A stretch of DNA of 64,000 nucleotides, taken from the NCBI GenBank assembly GCA_963709345.1, contig CAVPVX010000007.1, positions 128,001 to 192,000 on the forward strand. The letters run 5' to 3'. Under the pieces are notes generated by a model. The model did no database searches. It worked only from the letters and a program-made list of their open reading frames with translations, and was not told where the DNA came from. Of the stretch, positions 35,697-44,900 are shown in pieces (positions within the stretch are counted from its first letter, which is position 1; each line of letters opens with the position of its first letter). Origin of the DNA: an uncultured Actinomycetes bacterium (GTDB lineage: Bacteria; Actinomycetota; Thermoleophilia; UBA2241). The position numbers and the translations under genes are program-made.

Positions 35697-35725
35697 ACTC
35701 TACCAACGCGAACATGCGTTCGCAA
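35697..35725 (-). promoter_or_regulatory. uvrB promoter with overlapping LexA (SOS/Cheo) box
   Basis: TTGCGA-N17-TAGAGT, ending 9 nt before the ATG. The palindrome GCGAAC-ATGC-GTTCGC at 35708-35723 matches the Gram-positive CGAAC-N4-GTTCG consensus. Confidence 0.85.
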
Positions 35726-35748
35726 GAGTGGCGGACGGCGGCGCGACG

Positions 35749-36363
35749 TCACCCCGCCGACGACGCCCGGCGAAGATCGACTCCGTAGGTCTGCCGATAG
35801 ATCCGGCGCAGTTCGAGCACCTTTCGCACGTAGGCGCGGGTCTCCGCATACGGTATCTCGGCGATCCGGAGGCCGCGGCCCTCGGCCGCTGCGGCAGCAG
35901 TCCACTCACCCACCACGCCGATACCCGCGTTGTACGAGGCGACGGCGGCACGAAGGTCGCCGTCGAACACGTCGAGGGCGCGGCGGAGGTAGTAGGAGCC
36001 GTACCGGATGTTGACCGCCGGGTCTTCGAGGTCCGCGGGACTGAAGCTCACCCCGCCGGTCTCCGCGGCGATCTGTTCACCCGTCGCGGGCAGCACCTGC
36101 ATCAGGCCGACGGCGCCCTGCGACGAGCGGGCGCGCTCGTCGAAACGGCTCTCCACGTAGATGACCGCCGCCACGAGAGCCGGGTCGATGTCGTTGCGGC
36201 GCGCCGCGGCGCGGATCACTCCCGCATGCTCAAGCGGGTAGACGGCGCGCGCATACCAGGATGGTGCGGACGTGGGATGCAGGAGTGGACCCACGCTCCG
36301 AACGACGAGCCAGCCACCCGCGACCACAGCCACTACGAGCGCGGCAAGGACGAGGCGCTTCAC
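35749..36363 (-). CDS. Lytic transglycosylase (SLT domain) with N-terminal anchor
   Basis: AVIYVESRF, GAVGLMQVLPAT, NIRYGSYYL, ASYNAG, ETRAYV. GTGA overlap with coaE. Confidence 0.92.
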   Translation of the reverse strand: MKRLVLAALVVAVVAGGWLVVRSVGPLLHPTSAPSWYARAVYPLEHAGVIRAAARRNDIDPALVAAVIYVESRFDERARSSQGAVGLMQVLPATGEQIAAETGGVSFSPADLEDPAVNIRYGSYYLRRALDVFDGDLRAAVASYNAGIGVVGEWTAAAAAEGRGLRIAEIPYAETRAYVRKVLELRRIYRQTYGVDLRRASSAG

Positions 36364-37013
36364 GACGACGACTCGCCGCCGCCCCCCGCGGCCGGGTCGG
36401 GCGCGGCGAGGATGGCCGCGACGGCCTGCCCGACGAACTCCTTGAGCTCTTTTCTCCCGCCGACATTGCCGAACACGAAGTCGCTGCGCGCCGCCTTCTC
36501 CTCCTCCGGCAACTGCTGGGCCAGGCGCCGGCCGAACTGGCTGTCGGTGAGCTTCGCGGTCAGGCGCCGGCGACGCACGTCCTCCGGCGCCGTGATCAGC
36601 ATCGTGTAGTCGAACGCGTCGGCATAGCCTGTCTCAAAGAGCAGCGGCACCTCGACGGCCACGAGCGCCGGGCGCGGCCGCGCTGTGCGTTGCACTTCGG
36701 CCCACGCCGCCACCGCCGCACAGACGTGCGGGTGCAGAAGGTCCTCGAGCCAGCGCAGCTCGTCGTCGTCGGCGAAGACGATAGCCGCCAGCGCCGGCCG
36801 GTTGACGGCCCCTGTCGCGTCGACGACGGTGTCGCCGAAGTGCTCGCGAATGCGCTCCACGACCTCACCGCCGGAGTAGAGGTCGTGCACGATGGCGTCG
36901 CTGGAGATCACGGCAGCGCCCAGCTCCTGCAGGTACGCGAGAGCGGTGGACTTGCCGGAGCCTATCCCTCCGGTCAGGGCCAGACTGGGCAGGTGACGTC
37001 GTGCGCTGGTCAT
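36360..37013 (-). CDS. coaE: Dephospho-CoA kinase
   Basis: LTGGIGSGKST, NRPALAAIVF, LLHP, EVPLLFE. Confidence 0.95.
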   Translation of the reverse strand: MTSARRHLPSLALTGGIGSGKSTALAYLQELGAAVISSDAIVHDLYSGGEVVERIREHFGDTVVDATGAVNRPALAAIVFADDDELRWLEDLLHPHVCAAVAAWAEVQRTARPRPALVAVEVPLLFETGYADAFDYTMLITAPEDVRRRRLTAKLTDSQFGRRLAQQLPEEEKAARSDFVFGNVGGRKELKEFVGQAVAAILAAPDPAAGGGGESSS

Positions 37014-37033
37014 CGGTACGGCCGGGGAGACAG

Positions 37034-37067
37034 GGCGGGGGCGGCGGCATTCGCCGCCGCCCCCGCC
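37034..37067 (-). terminator. GC-rich hairpin directly after rpsA
   Basis: Perfect 15-bp stem GGCGGGGGCGGCGGC-ATTC-GCCGCCGCCCCCGCC with no U tract. Confidence 0.7.
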
Positions 37068-37076
37068 GCACTTCCG

Positions 37077-38540
37077 TCAGGCCTCCGGGGTCTCCTCGAT
37101 GGCCACGGCGACCTCTGCGGCCTCGTCGGTCTCGTCGGTCTCGTCGGTCTCGTCGGCCTCGTCGGCGGCGCCTCCCGCCGGGAAGACGTCGTCACTCAGA
37201 CCCAGCTCGGGCTCCGGTGCCGGCTCCTCGGCCACTTCCGCGGCCTCGGGCTCGGCGTCGGCCTCGGCTGCGACCTCGGCGGCCTCATCCGCAGCCTCGG
37301 GCGCCTCGGTGGCCTCGGTCTCCGCCTGGGTCTCCCCGGCGTCCCCGGCCTCTTCGGATGCATCCGGCTCGGGAGGAGCCATGGGCTGCGTCGGACGGAC
37401 GTTGTCGCCGTCGACGCGCTTGATGCTCAGGCTGAGCCGGCGACGCTCGGAGTCGACCTCGATGATCTTGACCTGCACCGTCTGGTTGACCGAGACGACC
37501 TCGTCCGGACGCTCGACGTGGCGGTTGGCCAATTCGCTGATGTGCACTAGGCCCTCGATGCCGGCGTAGATCTCGACGAAGGCGCCGAAGGCGACGATCT
37601 TGGTGACCCGCCCCTCGACGACGTCCCCGACCTTGTGCTGGGCGACGATCCTCTGCCAGGGGTCTTCCTGGGTCTGCTTGAGACCGAGGCTGATGCGCTG
37701 CCGGTCGCGGTCGATGTCGAGGACCTTGACCTTGACCTTCTGGTTGACCTGGAGCACCTCGGACGGATGGTTGATGTGCGTCCAGCTGAGCTCGCTGATG
37801 TGGATGAGGCCGTCGATCCCGTCGAGGTCGACGAACGCGCCGAAGTCGACGATGTTGCTGATCGTACCCTCGACGATGTCGCCGACGTTGAGCGTGTCGA
37901 TGATCTGCTGCCGGATCTCCTTGCGCTCCTCTTCGAGGACGGCGCGGCGGCTGAGGACGACGTTGTTGCGATTGCGGTTCATCTCGATGACGCGGCAGTT
38001 GAGCTCCTGACCCACGTACTCCTGGAGGTCCTGCACGCGGCGGATGTCGACCAGAGAGGCAGGCAGGAAGCCGCGCACGCCGAGGTCGAGGATGAGCCCG
38101 CCCTTGACGACCTCGATCACCGTGCCCGTGACCGGCTCGCCGCTCTCGAAGGCGCCTTCGATGCGCTTCCATGCCTTCTCGAAGCGGGCGCGCTTCTTGC
38201 TCAGGATGAGACGCCCGTCGGCGTCTTCCTTGGTCATGACAAGTGCGTCGATCTCCTCGCCCAGCTGAACCTCTTCAGAGGTGTTGACATTCTTGCGGAT
38301 GCTGAGTTCGTTGACCGGGATGACGCCCTCGGATTTGTAGCCGATGTCGACCAGGACCTCGTCCTTGTCGACGCGCACGACATTGCCGGTGACGATATCG
38401 CCCTCGCTGAAGTCGGTCAGCGTCAGGTCGTAGTTGGGGACGATCTCGCCGTCGACCTCGATGAGGTAGCCTTCGCTACCCTCCACGATCCTCGGGTCGT
38501 TGGCCGCTGCAAGCTGTGCGTCGATTGGTTTGTCAGCCAT
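37077..38540 (-). CDS. rpsA: 30S ribosomal protein S1 (four S1 domains and an acidic tail)
   Basis: VDIGYKSEGVIP, RGFLPASLV, DFGAFVDL.GIDGLIHISELSW, GIEGLVHISEL. GGGAGG upstream of the ATG. Confidence 0.96.
   Translation of the reverse strand: MADKPIDAQLAAANDPRIVEGSEGYLIEVDGEIVPNYDLTLTDFSEGDIVTGNVVRVDKDEVLVDIGYKSEGVIPVNELSIRKNVNTSEEVQLGEEIDALVMTKEDADGRLILSKKRARFEKAWKRIEGAFESGEPVTGTVIEVVKGGLILDLGVRGFLPASLVDIRRVQDLQEYVGQELNCRVIEMNRNRNNVVLSRRAVLEEERKEIRQQIIDTLNVGDIVEGTISNIVDFGAFVDLDGIDGLIHISELSWTHINHPSEVLQVNQKVKVKVLDIDRDRQRISLGLKQTQEDPWQRIVAQHKVGDVVEGRVTKIVAFGAFVEIYAGIEGLVHISELANRHVERPDEVVSVNQTVQVKIIEVDSERRRLSLSIKRVDGDNVRPTQPMAPPEPDASEEAGDAGETQAETEATEAPEAADEAAEVAAEADAEPEAAEVAEEPAPEPELGLSDDVFPAGGAADEADETDETDETDEAAEVAVAIEETPEA
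37122..37166. repeat. 9-bp tandem repeat, 5 copies, inside the rpsA tail
   Basis: (CTCGTCGGY)x5 encoding ADE-ADE-TDE-TDE-TDE. Confidence 0.85.
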
Positions 38541-38588
38541 GTGGTCTCGTTGCCTCCCGGTCACGTTTGCGGTCCGTCGTTGACAGAG

Positions 38589-38633
38589 GGTTTCGGCCCG
38601 CGAACCGCAGCGGGCCGAAACCAGCGGAGTATA
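38589..38633 (-). promoter_or_regulatory. rpsA -10 element and 5'-terminal leader hairpin
   Basis: TATACT at 38628-38633 is followed by a perfect 13-bp stem GGTTTCGGCCCGC-N8-GCGGGCCGAAACC at 38589-38622. Confidence 0.6.
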
Positions 38634-38689
38634 GCACGGAACATCGAGTCCACACGAGACGCCGTCGCCCCGGTCGGCGAGCGCCCGCG

Positions 38690-41305
38690 CTACCGCTTCG
38701 CGGAGAGCCAGTCAGTGCCGATGCCCGTCTCGACCTCGAGCGGCGGATCGAGGTCGTAGGCGCCGCACATGGCGTCGCGAAGCAGCGGTACGCACTCGTC
38801 GACCTCTGCCTCGGAGCACTCGAGGACGAGCTCGTCGTGAACCTGCAGCACGAGGCGTGACGCCAGCCCGCGGCGCTCCAGCTCGCGGCTCACGGCGACC
38901 ATCGCGACCTTGATGATGTCGGCGGCCGTCCCCTGAAGGATCGTGTTCACGGCAAGCCTCTCGCCGAGCGAGCGCACACGGTAGTTCGAGGCGCGCAGCT
39001 CGGGAACCGCGCGACGGCGCCCGAAAAGGGTGGTCACGTGGCCGTCCCGCGCGGCCTGGGCGATGACCTCGTCCCGAAACTCCCGGACGCGCGGATACTT
39101 GGCGAAGTAGGCGGCGATGAACTCCCGCGCCTCCTCGACCGACATGCCCACCTGCTCCGAGAGCCCGAAGGCGGACAGCCCATACATGATGCCGAAGTTC
39201 GTTGCCTTGGCGCGCTCCCGCTGCTGCTTCGTGACCTCCTCCACCGGGATACCGGCGACGGCCGCGGCCGTGACGCGGTGGACGTCGTCTCCCCTGTGAT
39301 AGGCGTCGAGCAGCGCCGGCTCCTGCGAGAGCGACGCCATCAGACGAAGCTCGATCTGTGAGTAGTCCGCGACGACGAGCTCGTGCCCGTCCTCGGCGAC
39401 GAAGCAGCCGCGGATCTCCGCGCCGAGATCGGTACGCACGGGGATGTTCTGCAGATTCGGGTTGGTGCTCGAGAGCCGGCCGGTCGCGGCGACCAGCTGG
39501 TTGAAGGTGCTGTGCACCCGCCCCGTGCGCGCGTCGATGTGCTCGGGCAGCGGCTCAAGATACGTGTTCAGGAGCTTCGTGAGCTCGCGCCACTCCTCGA
39601 CGGCGGGCACGATGGGGTGCTGCTCGCGCAGCCCCTTCAGCACGCCGGCGTCCGTGGAGTAGCCGGTCTTGCCCCTCTTCGTCGGCTCCAGCCCGAGACG
39701 CTTGAAGAGTACGTCGGCGAGTTGCTGCGGCGAGGCGAGCGTGAACTCGGTGCCGGCGAGCCTCACGATCTCGTCGTGGAGCTCGTCGACACGGTCGCGC
39801 ACGCGAGCCGTGATCTCGCCGAGGCGGTACGGATCCATCTTGACGCCGGCCGCCTCCATCTGCGCGAGAACGCGGACCAGCGGCAGCTCGACCTCGCGGA
39901 AGAGTCGCTCGAGCCCCAGCTCCACGAGCCGCGGGCGCTGGGTCTCCGCGACGCGCCAGGTGAGCGCCGCCCGCGTTGCGGCGGCGGCCTCGGCGGCCGG
40001 GCCCTCCACCAGCACGGCGCTGTCGTCCGCGCCGGCGAGGGCGAAGAGGCCGCGCTCCTTCTCAGGGCGTTCCGGCGCCAGGAGGTACGCGGCCACGGCG
40101 GTGTCGAAGGCGGGTCCGCAGGGCGCCGCGGCAAAGCCCGGCTGCGCCTTGGCGTCGTGGGCTACCACGTGCCTGGAGAGCCGCCAGAGCGCGGCGACGC
40201 GATCGTCGGGGGCCGGGGCGGCGAGAGCGGCTTCGCCGCCCGCGTAGCCACACGCGACCCAACCGCCGCCGGGCCGCGGCTCGAGCGCCAGCGCGGCCTC
40301 GCCCTTCTCGAGAAGGGCCGCGAGCGGCCCCACGTCGGGCTCGGCCGCCAGCCGCACCGCCGCGCCGGGCGCGACGCCGCCGGCGCGCCCCGCCGGCTGC
40401 GCCGCCGCACCCGCGATCTCGCGTAGCCGGCGGCGCAGGTTGCGGAACTCGAACCGTTCGAAGACCGCGTCGACCCGCTCGACCGGCAACTCGTAGCCGC
40501 CGCGAGCGACGAGGGCGACGAGGTCTTCGTCGAGCGGCACGTCCAGCACCATCGTGGCGAGGCGCAGGGACAGCCGCGCCTCGGCCTCGTGATCGCGCAG
40601 CAACGCGCGACGCTTCTCCGACTTGACCTCGTCAAGCCGTTCGTACAGGGCCTCGACCGAGCCGAACTGCTGGAGAAGCTGGGCCGCGGTCTTCTCGCCG
40701 ACTCCGGGCACGCCCGGGATGTTGTCGGAGCTGTCGCCCTTGAGGCCGATGTAGTCCGGGATCTGCGCCGGAGTCACGCCGAACCGCTCGACTACCGCGG
40801 CCGGCGTGTAGATCTTGACGTCGGTGATGCCGCGCCCTGTACTCATGACCCAGATGTCGTCGTCGACCAGCTGCATCGCGTCCCGGTCGCTGGTCACCAC
40901 GATCGAGCCGACACCCTGGCGCTTGGCCTCCTCGGCAAGCGTGCCGAGGATGTCGTCGGCCTCGTAACCCGGATTCACGAGGTTCACGATTCCGAATCCG
41001 CTGACCAGCTCCGGCAGCAGGTCCCACTGCCGCGCCAGCGCCTCGGGCATGTGCGGGCGCTGGGCCTTGTACTCGGCGTAGAGCTCGTCACGAAACGTCT
41101 TCTCGCGGGCATCCCACGCCACCGCGATGTTGGCCGGCCGGTACTCCCCGACGATCTTCAGCAACATCTGGCTCAGGCCGAACAGGGCGTTGGTAGGCTC
41201 CCCGGCCTGGGTGGTGATCGTCTCGGGCAAGGCGAAGAAGGCGCGAAAGGCGAGACTGCTCCCGTCGAGCAGGAAGAGCCGGTTCTCGAGATGCGGTGCG
41301 GCCAT
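38690..41305 (-). CDS. polA: DNA polymerase I
   Basis: 5' nuclease LLDG...AFRAFFA, YEADD, GDSSDNIPGVPGVGEKTA; polymerase TGRLSSTNPNLQNIP, ADYSQIELR, KATNFGIMYG, QVHDEL. Confidence 0.97.
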   Translation of the reverse strand: MAAPHLENRLFLLDGSSLAFRAFFALPETITTQAGEPTNALFGLSQMLLKIVGEYRPANIAVAWDAREKTFRDELYAEYKAQRPHMPEALARQWDLLPELVSGFGIVNLVNPGYEADDILGTLAEEAKRQGVGSIVVTSDRDAMQLVDDDIWVMSTGRGITDVKIYTPAAVVERFGVTPAQIPDYIGLKGDSSDNIPGVPGVGEKTAAQLLQQFGSVEALYERLDEVKSEKRRALLRDHEAEARLSLRLATMVLDVPLDEDLVALVARGGYELPVERVDAVFERFEFRNLRRRLREIAGAAAQPAGRAGGVAPGAAVRLAAEPDVGPLAALLEKGEAALALEPRPGGGWVACGYAGGEAALAAPAPDDRVAALWRLSRHVVAHDAKAQPGFAAAPCGPAFDTAVAAYLLAPERPEKERGLFALAGADDSAVLVEGPAAEAAAATRAALTWRVAETQRPRLVELGLERLFREVELPLVRVLAQMEAAGVKMDPYRLGEITARVRDRVDELHDEIVRLAGTEFTLASPQQLADVLFKRLGLEPTKRGKTGYSTDAGVLKGLREQHPIVPAVEEWRELTKLLNTYLEPLPEHIDARTGRVHSTFNQLVAATGRLSSTNPNLQNIPVRTDLGAEIRGCFVAEDGHELVVADYSQIELRLMASLSQEPALLDAYHRGDDVHRVTAAAVAGIPVEEVTKQQRERAKATNFGIMYGLSAFGLSEQVGMSVEEAREFIAAYFAKYPRVREFRDEVIAQAARDGHVTTLFGRRRAVPELRASNYRVRSLGERLAVNTILQGTAADIIKVAMVAVSRELERRGLASRLVLQVHDELVLECSEAEVDECVPLLRDAMCGAYDLDPPLEVETGIGTDWLSAKR

Positions 41306-41478
41306 GGGCTCGATTCTACGTCACGCCGCGCAGCGAAGGTGGCGCCGTGCAGGCGGGCGCGGTGACGGCGCGCTCAGAAGGGTCCGGCAGCAGACCCCCG
41401 AAGCGCGCAGTCGCCGCGCCTTCCCGGCAGCGCGGCGCGCCGGCTCCTCGAGCCGGCGCCACTCAGGGACGGAGCGGC

Positions 41479-41926
41479 CTAGTCACCCTGCGGCGGAGGC
41501 TCGTTGAGCACCAGCCAGTACAGCCCAAGCTGGTTCACCGCCTCCATGAACTGGGTGAAGTCGACGGGCTTGCGGATGTAGCTGTTCGCGCCGAGGTCGT
41601 AGCTCCGCGCCAAGTCGCTCTCAACGTTCGACGACGTCAGGACGACCACCGGGAGCCGCTTGGTGCGCGGGTCGGAGCGCAGGCTCTCCAGCACCTCGAG
41701 CCCGCCGACTTTGGGCAGCTTCAAGTCGAGCAGGACGAGCTGTGGACAGGTCGGTGACGTCTCGACCGGAGAACGCTCCGGTCCCACGCAGATAATCGAG
41801 CGCCTCGGCGCCGTCTCGCACGACGTCCACCCGGTTCGCGACGCGATGCCTGCGCAGCGCCCGAAGCGTGAGCTCGACGTCGTCGTCGTTGTCCTCTACG
41901 AGCAGGATCAACATCTGCTCCTTCAT
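41479..41926 (-). CDS. Single-domain response regulator (Rcp1-like), with a 1-nt frameshift at about 41746
   Basis: ILLVEDNDDD...DGAEALDYL is in one frame and PQLVLLDLKLPKV...VLTSS...GANSYIRKPV...LGLYWL in another. ATGA overlap with the kinase. Confidence 0.88.
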
Positions 41927-44900
41927 CCGCCCTCCCCTCCGGGGCCGAGCGTGAAGTACACCGTAGCCCCCCTACCTGTTTCGCCCTCTGCCCAGACACG
42001 CCCCCCGTGGCGGCGAACGATGCGCTGCACCGTCGCCAGCCCGATGCCCGTGCCCGGGAACTCGTGCGCGCCGTGCAACCGCTGGAAGGGCGCGAACATT
42101 GTATCCGAATACGCTCCGTCGAACCCCGCCCCGTCGTCCTCAACGAAGAAGACCAGACCATCGTCCCCCTTCATCGACCCGACCTCGACGCGCCCCCCGG
42201 CCCCCCGCGACGTGAACTTCCAGGCGTTGGACAGCAGGTTCTCGAAGACGATCTGGAGCAGATGGGCGTCACCCTCGGCGGACAAACCCTCCTCCACGGC
42301 GATCTCGACATCCCGGTCCGGCTCCGCCGCGCGCAACTCCGCGAAGATCCTGAACGCGAGCGCGGAGACGTCCACGGTCTCGCGCGCGAGTTCTCTCCGT
42401 GTGACGCGCGAGAGCATCAGCAGGTCGTCGATCAGGCGCGCCATGCGTTGGGACGCTGCGCGGATACGTCGCAGGAAGTCGAGCGCCTCGCCGTCCAGCT
42501 TCGACCCGCAGTCCTCGGCGAGCGCCAGGCTGAATCCGTCAAGCGCGCGAAGAGGCGCGCGCAGGTCGTGGGAGACGGAGTAGCTGAACGCCTCGAGCTC
42601 GGCGTTGGCCGCCTCCAGCTCGGCCGTACGCTCCACCACGCGCCGCTCGAGGCCGACGTTCAGCACCGCGAGCTCGCGTTCGGCGTGGCGGCGCGCGTCT
42701 TCGCGCGCCGCCGCCTCCAGCGCAAACGCCACGTCGGCGGCGAGACGCTCGAGGAGGCTGACCTCCTCGGAGTCGAACGCGCCCGCTTCCCTCGAGTAGA
42801 TGACCAGCGCCGCCTGCGGCCGGCGGCCGGCGCCGATGGGCATCGCGGCGCACGCACGGAAGCCCCTCAGCTCGGCGTCGGCCGCGAACTCGGACAGGCG
42901 CGCGTCGGCAAAGACGTCCGGGCAGGTGTCCGTCTTGCCCTCGACGAGCGCCACGGCGATGGTCGCCAGCGTGGTCAGCGGCCGACCCTCATCGAGGCGG
43001 TGAGCCTCCGCGAACCCCTCGTCCGCCCCGGCGGACGCGAGGAGCCGCACCATACCCTCGTCGTCGGCCGCCCCGACCCACGCCATCACGAAACCGCCCG
43101 GCTCAACGACGGCGCGGCAGAGCTCTTCGAACAACCGCTGTGGGTCGCGGACCCGGGGGATCATCTCCGCGACCGAACTGAGCACCTGGTACAGGTGCGT
43201 GAGGCGCGCAAGGCGCAACGCGTTCGCGCGCCGTTCGCTGACGTCCTCGACCAGCAGAAGCACGCCCTCGATCTCGCCGCCGGCGCCGCGCAGGGCGGCG
43301 ATCGAGCTACTGGTCGACAGGCGCGAACCATCCTTGCGCACGCACGGCAGATCGACGCCGGCAAGCTGCTCGCCGGCGATGACGCGGTCCATGAGCCTGC
43401 GGGCCTGCCCGGCGGCGTCCTCGGGGATGAACGGCGCCTGCCGGCCCACCGCCTCGCCGGCGCTCCACCCGAAGATCCCCGCGGCTGCCGGGTTCCAGAG
43501 AGTGACGACCTGGTGGAGGTCGACAGCGGCCACGGCGATGGGTGCGGCCATGACGGTGGCCTCCAGCCGCTGCGACGTCTCCTTGAGAGCCGCCTCGGCG
43601 CGTCTTTGGTGCGTGACGTCCTGCGCCGTCCCGATGAGCTGGGTGACGGCGCCATCTTCATTCCGCGCGAACACCGAGTCGCGACCGCGCAGCACGCGCC
43701 ACTCCCCGTCCGCGCGACGCATGCGGTATTCGACCTCGAGGACGTCGCCGTCGCGGAGGCTCCGCGCCGTCTGGTGATGAGCGGCCATCACCTCGCGGTC
43801 GTCGGGATGCAGGATCCTCGGCAGAACGTCGCTCCCCATCTCCAGAATCTCCGCCGGTGAGTAGCCAAGGACGGCGGCCATCGCGAGGTTCGAGAAGACG
43901 TTGCGCTGGGCGACGATGTCGTGGATGTAGATGAGCTCCGGGGTGACCTTCAGCACGCGCTCCAGGAAGCGGCGGCTCTCATCGAGTTCACGACGGGCTT
44001 CCTTCGCCTCCGTCACGTCGACGACGACCCCGCCGACGAAGCGGACCAGCCCGTCTGGGTCGGTGATGGGGAACAGATCGACCCGCGCGTGCTTCGGGGT
44101 ACCCCCCGGGCCTGCCGCGGGGCCGCCCATCTCGATGTCGCGCAGCATCTCACCGGTGTCCACGACGTGGTTCAGCAGAGGCTCGACCTGCGCAGCCAGC
44201 CGCGGGACGACGTCCGCGACACACTCTCCGATGTGTTCCTCCGCCGCGACACCGTTCAACTCGGCGAGTGTCGCGTTCACGTGCACGTAGCGCAGGTTCC
44301 GATCGACGACGAACAGCCCGATGGGCGAACTGCTGAAGAAGCCCGCGATGATCTCCTCGGCCTCGCGACGCTGGGAGATATCGATGAACAGCGTGGCGAA
44401 CTGGCCCGGCCGCGGGGACACGGCCTGGATGTCGAAGTGGCGGTCCAGGGAGGGAATGAACACCTCGATGCGCTCAGGCTCGCCGGTGAGCGCGACACGC
44501 CCGTAGCGCTCGATAAGGCCCGTCTCTCGCAGGCCGGGAATGACGTCCGATGCCGGCCTGCCGAGGACGTCCGCCGGGGCCAGCCCCGTCTGCGCTTCGA
44601 ACGCGGGGTTGGCGGCGAGATACACGAAATCGAAAGGCCGACCCTCCTCGTCCAGGACGATCTCGTGCAGCGCGAAACCACTCAGTGAATCCTCGAAGAG
44701 CGTGCGGTAGCGCGCCTCGCTGTCGCGCAGCGCCGCATCCGCCGCCTTGCGCTCGCCGATGTCGCGCGCGATCTCCAGACAGTGGAGCTCTCCCTCGATA
44801 CTCGCGGCGCTCAGGCTGACCTCGACGGGGAATTCCACACCGTCGCTGCGCCGGTGCACGCTCTCGAAGGACAGGTGGCCGCCATCCGCCTCGAGGCGCT

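Noticed and set aside
37122-37166. Short repeats as a CRISPR array
   Set aside because: They are 9-bp in-frame coding repeats without spacers, and no cas genes are present.
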